DNA of 64,000 nucleotides, from the IMG/VR virus record IMGVR_UViG_3300005512_000025, positions 1,863 through 65,862 of that record; one strand, written 5' to 3'. Below the pieces are notes generated by a model. It had not been told where the DNA came from. It was given only the letters and a program-made list of their open reading frames with translations, and did no database searches. Made by a program: the position numbers and the translations under genes. Below are positions 8,887-18,400 of the stretch, in pieces (the first letter of the stretch is position 1; each line of letters starts with the position of its first letter). This DNA comes from a virus (lineage: Duplodnaviria; Caudoviricetes).

Positions 8887-9327
8887 TCAGCGCTCCCACT
8901 TCTTACGAGGACAAAGGTTGTCGGGATTACCCCCTACCCAGGTTTTGGCCTCCATGAAGCAGCCGCAATCAGCGCATCGCTTGGAGTCGGCCAGGAACGC
9001 GGGACAGGCCTTGCACATGTTCATGCGCTCCTCCCTGACCTCTTTACTTACCTTGCCGTGCCTGATTGCTTGGCCAGCCGCTCGAGCAAGGCCACCAGCC
9101 ATCTGCCTAGCACTGGCATTGACTTTCTTCCGCTTTCCGCGCCTGCCGTTAATCTGTTCGGTAATCTGCTCGTTGCGCTCTTTGGGCCAAGCAGAACAGG
9201 GGCCTGTTGGATAGACCCCTGCTGACTTTAATTCTTCACGTAAATTCAAGGCCCAACTCTCGAAAGCTGGGCTAGGATACCGATCAGACGGATGTGTAAG
9301 GTACAGTGGGGACGGTGATGTTCTCAA
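8887..9327 (-). CDS. DUF6171-like CxxC zinc-binding protein (true start probably further downstream)
   Basis: C-terminal ERMNMCKACP...RCADCGCFMEAK...CPRKKW; late motif at 9272-9281 lies inside the annotated N-terminus. Confidence 0.65.
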   Translation of the reverse strand: MRTSPSPLYLTHPSDRYPSPAFESWALNLREELKSAGVYPTGPCSAWPKERNEQITEQINGRRGKRKKVNASARQMAGGLARAAGQAIRHGKVSKEVREERMNMCKACPAFLADSKRCADCGCFMEAKTWVGGNPDNLCPRKKWER

Positions 9328-11461
9328 AGGCTCTAGCTTCAGCGGCGTATGCCCCTGTGTGAGTGAATCGAACTTCGTCCAAGTACCCAGTCAGGTTGTT
9401 ACCTTCGCTGACACTGTTACCGATAGCCCACTTACCGCAGGCTTGTTGGGCATTGGGGTCGATAATGCGCCCCTCCCAAGTCCCGTTGACCCACAGGGTG
9501 AACACGTCGCCATCTTTCTGCAATGCGACGTGGTTCCAGGCGTCTTTGGTGATAGCCAAGCTAGCGCCAGAAATTTCTTCCGCAAGAACTCCGCCCTGGT
9601 ACGTCTGGAAGTAGACGCGGTCCACGCCTACGCCCAGGTTCATCGCGAGTACAAAATGATAGTTTTGCAGAAGACGGGGGAAGTCATTGACGGTCTGGGT
9701 TGCAGCAGGCCAGACCCAGCAGTCAAACGACCACTGTTCTCCAACAGGCCCCGTAAGGATGTAGTAGCCACCATTTGCGCCATTGACATTCAAGGAGTTA
9801 GTCCCGAACTTAGCCTGAGTGGCCTCAACGTTAGAGGAGGTCGCGGTGTTACTACCATTCGTCCAATACATCCGTCCAGCGCCAGGAACTGCACTGTCGT
9901 CAACGTTTGGCGGATCGCCAGCTACGTCGAAATGAGCCAAGTGAGGCTTTTGCTTTAGCGCCAAGGCATTGACATTGGCTTGCTCAAGGCTGATAGCTTT
10001 GAACGAGGAGCTGGTAGAGTCGTACTGGAAAAGCTGGGCGTCCTTGTACTCGGTCAGGGCTTGATTCGTCCCCCATCCGTAGTACGAGATAGTCAGCGGA
10101 CCAGTAGTATCAAGCAGAGTGTCCATGTGCTCTGCACCAGTTCTGTCGGTAATGGTGAAGAAGAAACGCCTTGTTGCGCCAGCGCCACTGAGGTCAGAGG
10201 TGAGGTTGCCAGAAGTAAGAGTCCAGGTCTGGCCAGCAGAGTCGGTGACAGTGATCAGGTCGTTGCCCAGCTGTGAATAGAAGGTCGTATCCCCAGTACC
10301 CTCGAGCGCAGTCTCATGGAATATAATCTGCGTGGTGTCCAGGTACCATTCGTTTGCAGCGACGAACGGGCCAGCAGCGTGTGTGGGCCAAGTCCTGGAC
10401 ACATTCTCCGTGCCGTAGCCAGTGTCACCCAAGTCAGGCGTGTCAAGACTGCCTGACTGCCATAAAGAGCTACCAGCAGCGTACTTCAGGACAGCCCCAG
10501 TGGCGGGAGCACTCTGAGCAGGCAGGGTGGTGTAAACCACGAGCTCGCTGTAAGTATTAATCGCGTTGTCAACGTTAGTGCTTGTGAAGCGAGCGTAGGT
10601 GGTCTGGTTGGTCTTGCCTCCATAGGTGACCTCGGTGACGTTACCGAAGTCGCCGTCAGGAACGAACCAGATACTTCCAGAGGAAGGCAGGGCAGTGAAG
10701 GCAGCCTCAATATCGACGCCATCGGAGTCAGTGAAGAAGAGGCGGAATTCGTTGTAGCTTTCAGCTCTCCACTCACCGTTAGCAGCAGGAGGGTTTGCGG
10801 TGTAAGTGGCAAAGCGACCTAATACCGTGCCGCTGGTGACTGAGGTGGTGACGTCTGTAAGCTCATCCAACGTTGCAGCAGCAGGCGTTGAGGGCGCCCA
10901 GGCACTTCCGTTCCAGGACAGGAGGTCGCCAGTACTGGCGCCAAAGCGTCCAGGAGCCGAGAGTGAGATGCCACCGCTAGTGATAACCGCTGTGGGGGCC
11001 GTGACAAAGCGAATGAACTTGGAGCCAGCACTGTTGTCGACTTCAGACGCCTCAATCTCAACGACCTCAGAACTCGCGTCGCCGTAGGTGATGGTCACCT
11101 GGTCGCCTACCTGCAGGTCTCCCATTTTGCCTGGGCCTGACTGAGCGTTGTTATACGTAATATAGTCAGTGCCAGTCTGCATGTACCACTGACCAGCGCT
11201 ATCGTCGGGAGTAGCGTCGTTGACGTAGGTAGTGTTTCCAGCGTAGGTGCCAATGGATGTATCAGTGAGTCCTGCAAGCGTTTCAGAACCACCACCAGGA
11301 GCGCCAGCAAGCACCAAGGCGCCGCCTTCCAGCATATACAGAGAGTCTTCGTCAGTCGCGTAGACGATTTCGCCTTCGTAAAGGTCAGCGATGTTGGTAT
11401 CTAGAGTGGCCTTCGTGCCCCGAGCAATACGAACTGGGACGCGATTCTCAGGAGCAGCCAT
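9284..11461 (-). CDS. Tail fibre / receptor-binding protein with C-terminal LamG (ConA-like) domain
   Basis: N-terminal RIARGT...GEIVYATD; C-terminal FTFDCW-like motif, WNHVALQKDGDVFTLWVNG...GYLDEVRFT. Confidence 0.8.
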   Translation of the reverse strand: MAAPENRVPVRIARGTKATLDTNIADLYEGEIVYATDEDSLYMLEGGALVLAGAPGGGSETLAGLTDTSIGTYAGNTTYVNDATPDDSAGQWYMQTGTDYITYNNAQSGPGKMGDLQVGDQVTITYGDASSEVVEIEASEVDNSAGSKFIRFVTAPTAVITSGGISLSAPGRFGASTGDLLSWNGSAWAPSTPAAATLDELTDVTTSVTSGTVLGRFATYTANPPAANGEWRAESYNEFRLFFTDSDGVDIEAAFTALPSSGSIWFVPDGDFGNVTEVTYGGKTNQTTYARFTSTNVDNAINTYSELVVYTTLPAQSAPATGAVLKYAAGSSLWQSGSLDTPDLGDTGYGTENVSRTWPTHAAGPFVAANEWYLDTTQIIFHETALEGTGDTTFYSQLGNDLITVTDSAGQTWTLTSGNLTSDLSGAGATRRFFFTITDRTGAEHMDTLLDTTGPLTISYYGWGTNQALTEYKDAQLFQYDSTSSSFKAISLEQANVNALALKQKPHLAHFDVAGDPPNVDDSAVPGAGRMYWTNGSNTATSSNVEATQAKFGTNSLNVNGANGGYYILTGPVGEQWSFDCWVWPAATQTVNDFPRLLQNYHFVLAMNLGVGVDRVYFQTYQGGVLAEEISGASLAITKDAWNHVALQKDGDVFTLWVNGTWEGRIIDPNAQQACGKWAIGNSVSEGNNLTGYLDEVRFTHTGAYAAEARAFENITVPTVPYTSV

Positions 11462-11491
11462 GGAGTCACGAAATAACTGCTCCTAGGATGC

Positions 11492-11815
11492 CTACGTGAA
11501 CAATCCGCCGTCACGCAATCCGAGGTTCTCCACGGGTGGGTCAATCGTCCCAGTCTCAAAGTCTCCACCACCTAAAACATTGGTGGTAAAAAGGGCATCT
11601 ACAGTCATCGTTTCAAAGTCGCCCCCATCGCCACGGTTATCTATTCCGCTTCCGCCGCCAGCAAGGGTAAGGACGCCACCCTCGACCACGTACAAAGAAT
11701 TCTGGTCGTTCGCGTAGCAGATCTCCCCTTCTTCCAGGGATGCAAGGGCCGCGGCCAGGTTGTCGTAAGTACCACGAGCCAGTTTGACTGGAACGCGATA
11801 GGAAGGAACTGGCAT
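11492..11815 (-). CDS. Short fibre-associated protein
   Basis: VPVKLARGT...GEICYAND N-terminus plus GGDF repeats. Confidence 0.7.
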   Translation of the reverse strand: MPVPSYRVPVKLARGTYDNLAAALASLEEGEICYANDQNSLYVVEGGVLTLAGGGSGIDNRGDGGDFETMTVDALFTTNVLGGGDFETGTIDPPVENLGLRDGGLFT

Positions 11816-11842
11816 GTCAGTTATTAAGCTGGCTTAGGATTC

Positions 11843-12457
11843 CTAGTTAAAATTACCACCGTCGGCAGGCTGTCCATCGGAGGCTCCAGTGTCAAAGTCT
11901 CCGCCGCCCCAGTAGACCAAACCTCCTCCGCCACCCCCTGCATTGTCGGCCCAGGACAGTATCCCGCTGCCATCAGTGGTCAGGGCTTGGCCATTCGTCC
12001 CCGTGTTATCTGGAAGGATTAGCGTGTAAGTGGCTGCAGCGGAGTGAGGCGGCGATTGAATTGTTACGCCATGGGTGTTCGCGTTACAGTTAAGAGTTAT
12101 ACTGCCGTCGGTGTCATTACCTCTGACTATGAAGCTGCCAGTCGTGTCAGGCGCTATGACGACATCACCGCCAGAAGCGCTGGACAGGTAGTAGTTGTTA
12201 ACGTCAAGGTTTCCGCCAAGCTGCGGAGTAAGGTCTTCTACGACATTGTCAAGTCCACCACCCCCTCCTCCTCCAGAGATGGTTACAATCGAATCATCTC
12301 CAGCCCTGGTGTAGATACTTACACTCGAAGTGTCGATCCCAAGTACCAGTTCTCCTACAGCGATCTCGTCCGTGCCGCCAGAGCCGATCGCAGTCCTGAT
12401 CTGGGCATCAGTGTCCGTCGAGCTCTTTAATACAATACGATCAGGGAAGACAGCCAT
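11843..12457 (-). CDS. Fibre-associated protein
   Basis: VVEDLTPQLGGNLDVN and GQALTTDGSGILSW motifs typical of cyanophage fibres. Confidence 0.7.
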   Translation of the reverse strand: MAVFPDRIVLKSSTDTDAQIRTAIGSGGTDEIAVGELVLGIDTSSVSIYTRAGDDSIVTISGGGGGGGLDNVVEDLTPQLGGNLDVNNYYLSSASGGDVVIAPDTTGSFIVRGNDTDGSITLNCNANTHGVTIQSPPHSAAATYTLILPDNTGTNGQALTTDGSGILSWADNAGGGGGGLVYWGGGDFDTGASDGQPADGGNFN

Positions 12458-12491
12458 GCGACGAGTTGATCTTTGCTAGGCTTCCTAGAGG

Positions 12492-13457
12492 TTAGGGGAT
12501 CGGTGCGCATTGCCCATCGACTCCGCACTCGAAACCCTCGGGGCAGTCCGCGTGGCAGTGGCACTCAGGCTCGCAGCAGTTGTCGCCATAGCTCTGTGCG
12601 CAAAGCTTCTTAGCGTACTCGATCGCACTCTCCACCAGAGGCAGGCCAGGACTTCCTATCGGTTGGCAATACTCGAATTGCGGTAAAGGCTGTCCAGTGC
12701 AGCAAGTGTGAACGATTGTGACGCACTCTTTGCAGTTAACTGGATCCTCTTCGCAGTCGCCGAAGTTGGGAGATTCTGGGTCTACGTTGCAGGTCAGGCA
12801 AGACTCACTCTTGTTGCATTCCTTGCCCCCATCACAATAACAAGGTGCGTCGTCCAGGGGTTGGCAAGTATTGTTAACGTCACAGAACGTGCAACTGTCA
12901 CAGCTGTTGCCATCAAAGAACTCTTGGCAGCCAGGGCCAGGCTCGCCATTGGCCTTCAGGTAGGAATCGCAAAACTGACTGCACTCGCCGTAGGTAGGGC
13001 AGGGGCCACAGAAACAGCGAACGCCAGGGAAAGGGCTACTCAGGGAGCCGTACTGACAGCAGCGCTCTTCGCTACAGCAGTCCTCAGGGCTTCCTTCGTC
13101 TGGAGACCCATCACCACAGGTAGGCTTCTCTTGGCAGCCATCAGGCCCACCATCCTTTGTGGGACATGTTGTCACCTCTGCGTCGATCTCGTCGGTTATA
13201 TCGCAATCACCAGGACCAGAGATTCCTCCAGTGGTACCGCTGTCGTCCTGCACTTGCTGGCATCGTCCTCCTACGCAAGCCCATCCAGAGCCACACTGCT
13301 CGTTTGCGGTACAGCTGACGACCTTGTTACCAGGGTTCAATCCATTGCCGTTTACAACAACATCGTTTATCTGTCCAGTCTCTCGGAATTGCGCAGCAAG
13401 CTCACTACGCTCATCATAGTAGTTGCTCCACCAACCGTTGAGACCACCTAGGGGCAT
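12492..13457 (-). CDS. Very Cys-rich protein (about 40 Cys in 321 aa)
   Basis: Modules CTANEQCGSGWACVGGRC and CHCHADCPEGFECGVDGQC; in the tail operon. Confidence 0.7.
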   Translation of the reverse strand: MPLGGLNGWWSNYYDERSELAAQFRETGQINDVVVNGNGLNPGNKVVSCTANEQCGSGWACVGGRCQQVQDDSGTTGGISGPGDCDITDEIDAEVTTCPTKDGGPDGCQEKPTCGDGSPDEGSPEDCCSEERCCQYGSLSSPFPGVRCFCGPCPTYGECSQFCDSYLKANGEPGPGCQEFFDGNSCDSCTFCDVNNTCQPLDDAPCYCDGGKECNKSESCLTCNVDPESPNFGDCEEDPVNCKECVTIVHTCCTGQPLPQFEYCQPIGSPGLPLVESAIEYAKKLCAQSYGDNCCEPECHCHADCPEGFECGVDGQCAPIP

Positions 13458-13465
13458 GACTTGAC

Positions 13466-13762
13466 TTAATTCAAGGTAGAGTTCCGAATAGATCCCATGG
13501 AATCAAAGGGTTTTCCCGTGTAACCATTGACTGCTGTCGTGGTTTTAACTTTCTTAAATGACAGTGTTCCGCTAATATCCACGCCGACATAAAGCAAGGC
13601 AGACTTTTGACTGCCAATGCCAGTCCAGTACAGACACAGCTCGCCCTCTACGTTCGGAGTGAGTGCTGACGGATCAGACGAGGTCGATCGTATCGGTTGA
13701 GCTGGCGCAGCCGTTCGCCAAGTAGTGGGACCAGCTACTACAATAGGCTTGTCAATGGCCAC
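13466..13762 (-). CDS. Tail-region hypothetical protein
   Basis: 98 aa, translationally coupled within the tail operon. Confidence 0.65.
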   Translation of the reverse strand: MAIDKPIVVAGPTTWRTAAPAQPIRSTSSDPSALTPNVEGELCLYWTGIGSQKSALLYVGVDISGTLSFKKVKTTTAVNGYTGKPFDSMGSIRNSTLN

Positions 13763-13980
13763 TACCTGACCCTCACGTAACGATTGCCTGAGGGGTCCAC
13801 GATATACAGCTCGACCTGGTCAGTAAATGCATCGTAGTAGCCGCTCAGGATGTTAGGGGTTACTGGCGAAGTGAAGAACGCACTTACATCGGGCCTAGTT
13901 GCCTTCATCTCAATAGCAACATCCGTATTCTCCCTGATCGGCTGAGCGGAGATAGAGCTTCTGTTAATAGCCATGATCAA
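13762..13980 (-). CDS. Tail-region hypothetical protein
   Basis: 72 aa, coupled. Confidence 0.65.
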   Translation of the reverse strand: MIMAINRSSISAQPIRENTDVAIEMKATRPDVSAFFTSPVTPNILSGYYDAFTDQVELYIVDPSGNRYVRVR

Positions 13981-14240
13981 TACCTGCTGTAGTAAACACC
14001 GTCGGCGTAGCTCATCTCGACCCTAGTACCAGCTTGAATCGAGACATACCCCAGGGGCTTTGTGGCGTATGTCTTGCCTTTGTACTTGCACATCCCAGCT
14101 CCATCCTCCCTGAGTTTGACCCAGGTAGCAGTGACGCTACCCTCAAAGTCCCCCTTGATTTCGTTGCCGAAATTCAGGTCCTCCAACATCACCATCCTGT
14201 TGGAGCTGGATCTGTCCATCAGGTCTCGTAAAATACTCAT
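13977..14240 (-). CDS. Tail-region hypothetical protein (small beta/OB-like)
   Basis: 87 aa, ATGA overlap. Confidence 0.65.
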   Translation of the reverse strand: MSILRDLMDRSSSNRMVMLEDLNFGNEIKGDFEGSVTATWVKLREDGAGMCKYKGKTYATKPLGYVSIQAGTRVEMSYADGVYYSRY

Positions 14241-14986
14241 GCCGCGGTGCTGTAGAAGCCGAATTGCTTGACGTTCCAGTAGAACGCAGCTTCGTTGCCA
14301 GCCACCAGGCTGACGGCATTACTGGTCTTGACAACCGTGAACAAGTCACCAGCTGTGGCGTTGGTAGGAGTGTGCACCGTGCTTACAGGGAAGGTCAGGT
14401 CACCAGCTCCAATGGCTGGGTCAAGTCCAGCGAGGGTTGCATTGTTGATCGTCACACTGTCCAGTGCAACATAACCATAGCCAGCCCTGTTAATAGTCAG
14501 GGCGTAGTCAGTCGTAGCAGCACCTGAGTTGGCTACTGTCAGGTCTACAGTGAGACCCACTCCCGAACCAGTGGTAGTGTCTACGGGGATGTTGGTGTAG
14601 GTGGCGTCAGCCATTGATGCGGGTGCCGCGGTAACAGCTCCTAGCGTCAATGCGTTACCATCGCTCCAGACGAGTGCAACATGGCTAAAAGCGATCGGAG
14701 TACCAGATCCGTCGTGAGCGAATACCGTAGCCTTTTGGTTCAGCGGAACACCCCCGTCAGCATAGTTACCCACATCACTGGAACCGTAGGAGATGACGGC
14801 GCGGGCGTAGCCGCCAGTACCGAGAGCCACCTCACCAGCCAGCAGCGTCGCATCAGCGCCAGCTACCGTAGGATCATAGTTATAAGCAGGCAGGTTAATC
14901 AGGCGTGCCTCAAAGTATTGGTCGACGTAACGATCTCGCAAGATGTTGTCGACTTCAGTCGAAGATACCTTGGCTGCAATCGTCAT
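14237..14986 (-). CDS. Tail/baseplate structural protein
   Basis: 249 aa, Thr/Gly/Ala-rich, INRAGYGYVALDSVTI repeat-type motif; late motif at 15008-15017. Confidence 0.7.
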   Translation of the reverse strand: MTIAAKVSSTEVDNILRDRYVDQYFEARLINLPAYNYDPTVAGADATLLAGEVALGTGGYARAVISYGSSDVGNYADGGVPLNQKATVFAHDGSGTPIAFSHVALVWSDGNALTLGAVTAAPASMADATYTNIPVDTTTGSGVGLTVDLTVANSGAATTDYALTINRAGYGYVALDSVTINNATLAGLDPAIGAGDLTFPVSTVHTPTNATAGDLFTVVKTSNAVSLVAGNEAAFYWNVKQFGFYSTAA

Positions 14987-15016
14987 CGTACTGAAGTGTA
15001 GTCGCCGTTAGGGTTC

Positions 15017-17593
15017 CTACGGAGCGGTGGCGAAGAGATCACTTTCAATAATAGTAGCCCCAGAGGTGATTAGGGAGCCATTGTAGTCAACAGGAATGCT
15101 GCCATTGCCTTCCGCTTCCAGGAGCCCCCCAGTACTGACAACGAAGCCAGTGCAGTAGGTGACCAGGGATTGCTCGACCTGTCCAGTCAGGTCCGTGGGG
15201 TTGATCAAGCTTACACCGTTCGGGAAGTAAACAGTAGCACTTGTGTTCAGGTACAGATCAACCCTGACCCTGAAGGCAAAACTTTGGCCAACATTGTCGT
15301 TAGTGACAGTAGGGGGCCCTGAGGGAGCTGTCGGCGGCGTGGTGCCTCCACCCATGTCAGGACGCGAATCACCTGTGAGATTGTCGCCAACACTGACGGA
15401 GCCAGAGGAGAAGCCTTGGAACATGCCGTCGCAAACCATGACGCTCTCTTCTTTCGTGACACCCCAGGAAGCCGCATCGGCTCGCAAGGCGATGAGCTCG
15501 TCGTTCTGTGAGTCGTAATAGCGGAAAGGTACTCCTGGGTACCAGGTGGTCGCGATCTCTGTTCGCAGCGGTTCTGCGACCCTGAGCCCGTATGCCTGCC
15601 CCTTGACAAAGCGGCCCACGTAGTTAACGAAAGCATCAAGAGTTGCCTGCCTTTCGGCTTCCGACCCTTTAAGCGGAACTGGCAGACGGATCTCCATGGT
15701 GATGACGTCGCGGTCTTGAGAGGGGTCGTCGACGGCCTCTGAGCCCCCTTCCGTTTTGTCTCCATCACCATAGGCATCGTCTTCCTTAGCTTCTTCGGAC
15801 AGTCCGTCAGAAAGAGGCAGGAGCACCTCGAGTTCAAGTGTCTCGGTCTCGAAACTGGGGTCGTTCAGTGCATCAGGAGTAACATCCAAGGCCCCAGCAT
15901 CGGTCGAGATACGTCTCGTGCTGGTCCTAATCCCGTCCAGGGCATCAAGGCTCTGGCCTGAATTAATCCCGACACCTCTGCTAGCAATACTGGTATAAGT
16001 GACAGTTGTCTGGATGTTGAGGCCCTCACTATTTTTGTACGACGTCATCGTGCGCTGAGCCCGATAGAAGTCGTCGAATGGGATTTCAGTGAAATCCTGA
16101 GGCTTGCCGTTAACAACACCGCTCCTCCAGTCGGAAGGAATCGCCGCCGAAAGTCTTGTCTGATAGACATCCTCGACAACAAGAGCCAAAGAGTTGTCCT
16201 GAGGGTTGTAGTAGTACTCCGCGTAGGAGTAGCTTTGCTTGACCATCTCCCCAGTACCGTAGTACGGACAGTTGCCGTTTACATTGCAGGCGGTACCCCA
16301 TACCAAGGTGCAGTAAGCATACTGGTCAGCAAAGTACTGTGGATTCACCTCGACAGGTGGGCCCAGGAGGTTTCGCTTGACCATCGAAGCCTGTGCCGCT
16401 GGACCGTTGTAGTAGGTAACAGTCGTAGCCAAGCTCTGTGCTGGGAGATATACTGTTTCGCGATTTGTAGTCCAGTTGTCGGAGCATAGTACAGCGGGCT
16501 TGGTGTCCAACGGGTTTACACCTTGATCCCCATCGGGGTTGGAAGGCGTCTCTGGTGGTGAGGGCGTGTTGCCGCAACCAGAGGTTCCCACGGGCTCGCT
16601 AGGAGGCTGCACAGCGACTGTAGGGACAGCAGGTTCGTTCGATCCTGGGTCCTCGGGAGGGGGGTTCCTTTTCGCGACCGTTGCAGGGAAGGCGGTGAAG
16701 TAATTTGAATACTCACTGACTCGGTCCACGTAGCCCGTATTATCGGCGCCTGGTACTAGGTTCGGAACAGGGTCGCTGCTGCCAGGGTTTGGGTCGTCTG
16801 GATCTTGTGGGTCGACATAGTCCCCAGGCTCTTGGCCCGCCAGAGTAGGGTCCTGGAAATCGTAATCAAGACCAAAGTCGGGCTGCGAGCCGAGGTCCCC
16901 TGCGTCCGTTTCAACAGAGAAGTTGGGATCGCTTTCTGTCGGGTCTGGCACTAAGTCGTAAGTGACGTCGATCTTCTCGGGAACAGGCTCAGAAGTCTCC
17001 AGGGGCGCAACCGCCAACGCTGTTTCCCCAAGAACAGAGGCCCATTCCCCTGCCCTGAACCCGCTAAGGCTATCACCTTCCCAGAACTCGCCTACGACTA
17101 AGTCGCCATTGTTGTCCTGGTAGAGGTATTTGCCAGCTCCCCAGAATGCGGCGGAGTAGTTGTTGATCGTGTTTCGGGTTGCCTCTAGCTCAATGGGAAG
17201 CAGATTAACGATCTGCCTCCTGTCTTCCGCCAGCAGCGCCATCGCAATCTTGCAGCCGACCTCAATGATCAATTGCTCCTGCTCGATGTCGTAGGAGGTT
17301 GTGATGACTCTGAGGTTGCCGCGTGGGTGGACGAACTCACTCCCAGACTCTGGCTCCCTGAGTTTAAGGATTACAATACTGTTGCGCTTGAACTGGTCTC
17401 GGTTGTAATCCGAAATCTCTGTAACCCCGACCGCAGTAGGTTTTTGCGCAAGGATGATTTGCCCTGTAGTAGCAATCAAGCCGTTCTGCCATGCAGACTC
17501 ATCGCTGACAGCAAAAGAAACGAACTCGTCGGTATAGTCGGTGCCATTGATCGTGATGCTGGCGATCCTGGTCTTTTGTGCGATATAAGCCAC
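15017..17593 (-). CDS. Baseplate hub / tail-associated protein
   Basis: 858 aa following tape measure and distal-tail-like genes; Pro/Asp-rich internal linker. Confidence 0.7.
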   Translation of the reverse strand: MAYIAQKTRIASITINGTDYTDEFVSFAVSDESAWQNGLIATTGQIILAQKPTAVGVTEISDYNRDQFKRNSIVILKLREPESGSEFVHPRGNLRVITTSYDIEQEQLIIEVGCKIAMALLAEDRRQIVNLLPIELEATRNTINNYSAAFWGAGKYLYQDNNGDLVVGEFWEGDSLSGFRAGEWASVLGETALAVAPLETSEPVPEKIDVTYDLVPDPTESDPNFSVETDAGDLGSQPDFGLDYDFQDPTLAGQEPGDYVDPQDPDDPNPGSSDPVPNLVPGADNTGYVDRVSEYSNYFTAFPATVAKRNPPPEDPGSNEPAVPTVAVQPPSEPVGTSGCGNTPSPPETPSNPDGDQGVNPLDTKPAVLCSDNWTTNRETVYLPAQSLATTVTYYNGPAAQASMVKRNLLGPPVEVNPQYFADQYAYCTLVWGTACNVNGNCPYYGTGEMVKQSYSYAEYYYNPQDNSLALVVEDVYQTRLSAAIPSDWRSGVVNGKPQDFTEIPFDDFYRAQRTMTSYKNSEGLNIQTTVTYTSIASRGVGINSGQSLDALDGIRTSTRRISTDAGALDVTPDALNDPSFETETLELEVLLPLSDGLSEEAKEDDAYGDGDKTEGGSEAVDDPSQDRDVITMEIRLPVPLKGSEAERQATLDAFVNYVGRFVKGQAYGLRVAEPLRTEIATTWYPGVPFRYYDSQNDELIALRADAASWGVTKEESVMVCDGMFQGFSSGSVSVGDNLTGDSRPDMGGGTTPPTAPSGPPTVTNDNVGQSFAFRVRVDLYLNTSATVYFPNGVSLINPTDLTGQVEQSLVTYCTGFVVSTGGLLEAEGNGSIPVDYNGSLITSGATIIESDLFATAP

Positions 17594-17596
17594 TGA

Positions 17597-18004
17597 TCAA
17601 ACCTCCCGAAGGCCGAAGCTGACCATAGTAAGGATGGGTCCCATGTAGGTGTAGACAGGTGCTGTAACGAACACGGCACTGGTATTCACTTCTGGACCGA
17701 AGGTTTGGTCGACAACACCTACGGCAGCAGATAAGCCTGAGGCCCTGTCCCCATCCCAGTCTCGGTACAGCTGGTCAAAAGTCAGCGCATCAGCGGAATC
17801 GACGATAGATGATATAACCCATTGGAACTTCTGTGAAAAGGCGGGCCCGCCCATTATGTTGGCGCCGTTCGCAGACAGGTCGAACTGGACCGAGTTAACG
17901 TAGGAGCGGGGAAAGGCGTTGTCACCGAAGTTGTTAAATTGCAGGCTATACACTGGCGAGCCACTGCTGGGTGTATACGAAATGCCAATCAGTCTGGACG
18001 CCAT
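17597..18004 (-). CDS. Distal tail protein-like
   Basis: 135 aa between tape measure and hub; FDLSANGANIMGGP...KFQW pattern. Confidence 0.55.
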   Translation of the reverse strand: MASRLIGISYTPSSGSPVYSLQFNNFGDNAFPRSYVNSVQFDLSANGANIMGGPAFSQKFQWVISSIVDSADALTFDQLYRDWDGDRASGLSAAVGVVDQTFGPEVNTSAVFVTAPVYTYMGPILTMVSFGLREV

Positions 18005-18022
18005 CGGAGCCTTCTAACTGGG

Positions 18023-18370
18023 CTAGTTTTCCGAAGCTTCCTTGACGAGTCGTGCGTACTTGGCTCTTGTTGATTGGCCTCCTGGGGGTGTGATCGTCCC
18101 TGCGGCCCACTTCGCTCGGAAGTCCTCAGAGAGCTCTGTAAGGGCGATGAACACCTCGTCGAACCATTCCACTAGAATGTCCAGTACAGCCTGCTCCAAC
18201 CCCTCCTGGTAGCCTCTCGTGGCCGCCGCGTGCAGCCAGGCAAGTGCGTAGCGCAAGTCCTGCTCCTCCATCTCCTCGAAGTGGAGGTCAGGCAGCTTGG
18301 GCCCTGGTCCCCTCATCATCGTGTCGAGGTACATCTTCGCTGTGTCAGCGGGATCTCCAAATGCGAACAA
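18023..18370 (-). CDS. Hypothetical protein
   Basis: 115-aa helical ORF downstream of the tape measure gene. Confidence 0.55.
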   Translation of the reverse strand: MFAFGDPADTAKMYLDTMMRGPGPKLPDLHFEEMEEQDLRYALAWLHAAATRGYQEGLEQAVLDILVEWFDEVFIALTELSEDFRAKWAAGTITPPGGQSTRAKYARLVKEASEN

Positions 18371-18400
18371 GGTTCCCTAGATTCTGAACAAGGATGCCTA

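Noticed and set aside
15017-17593. Diversity-generating retroelement or invertible tail-fibre cassette
   Set aside because: No reverse transcriptase, no template/variable repeat pair and no invertase seen; the Pro/Asp-rich stretch is a simple linker.
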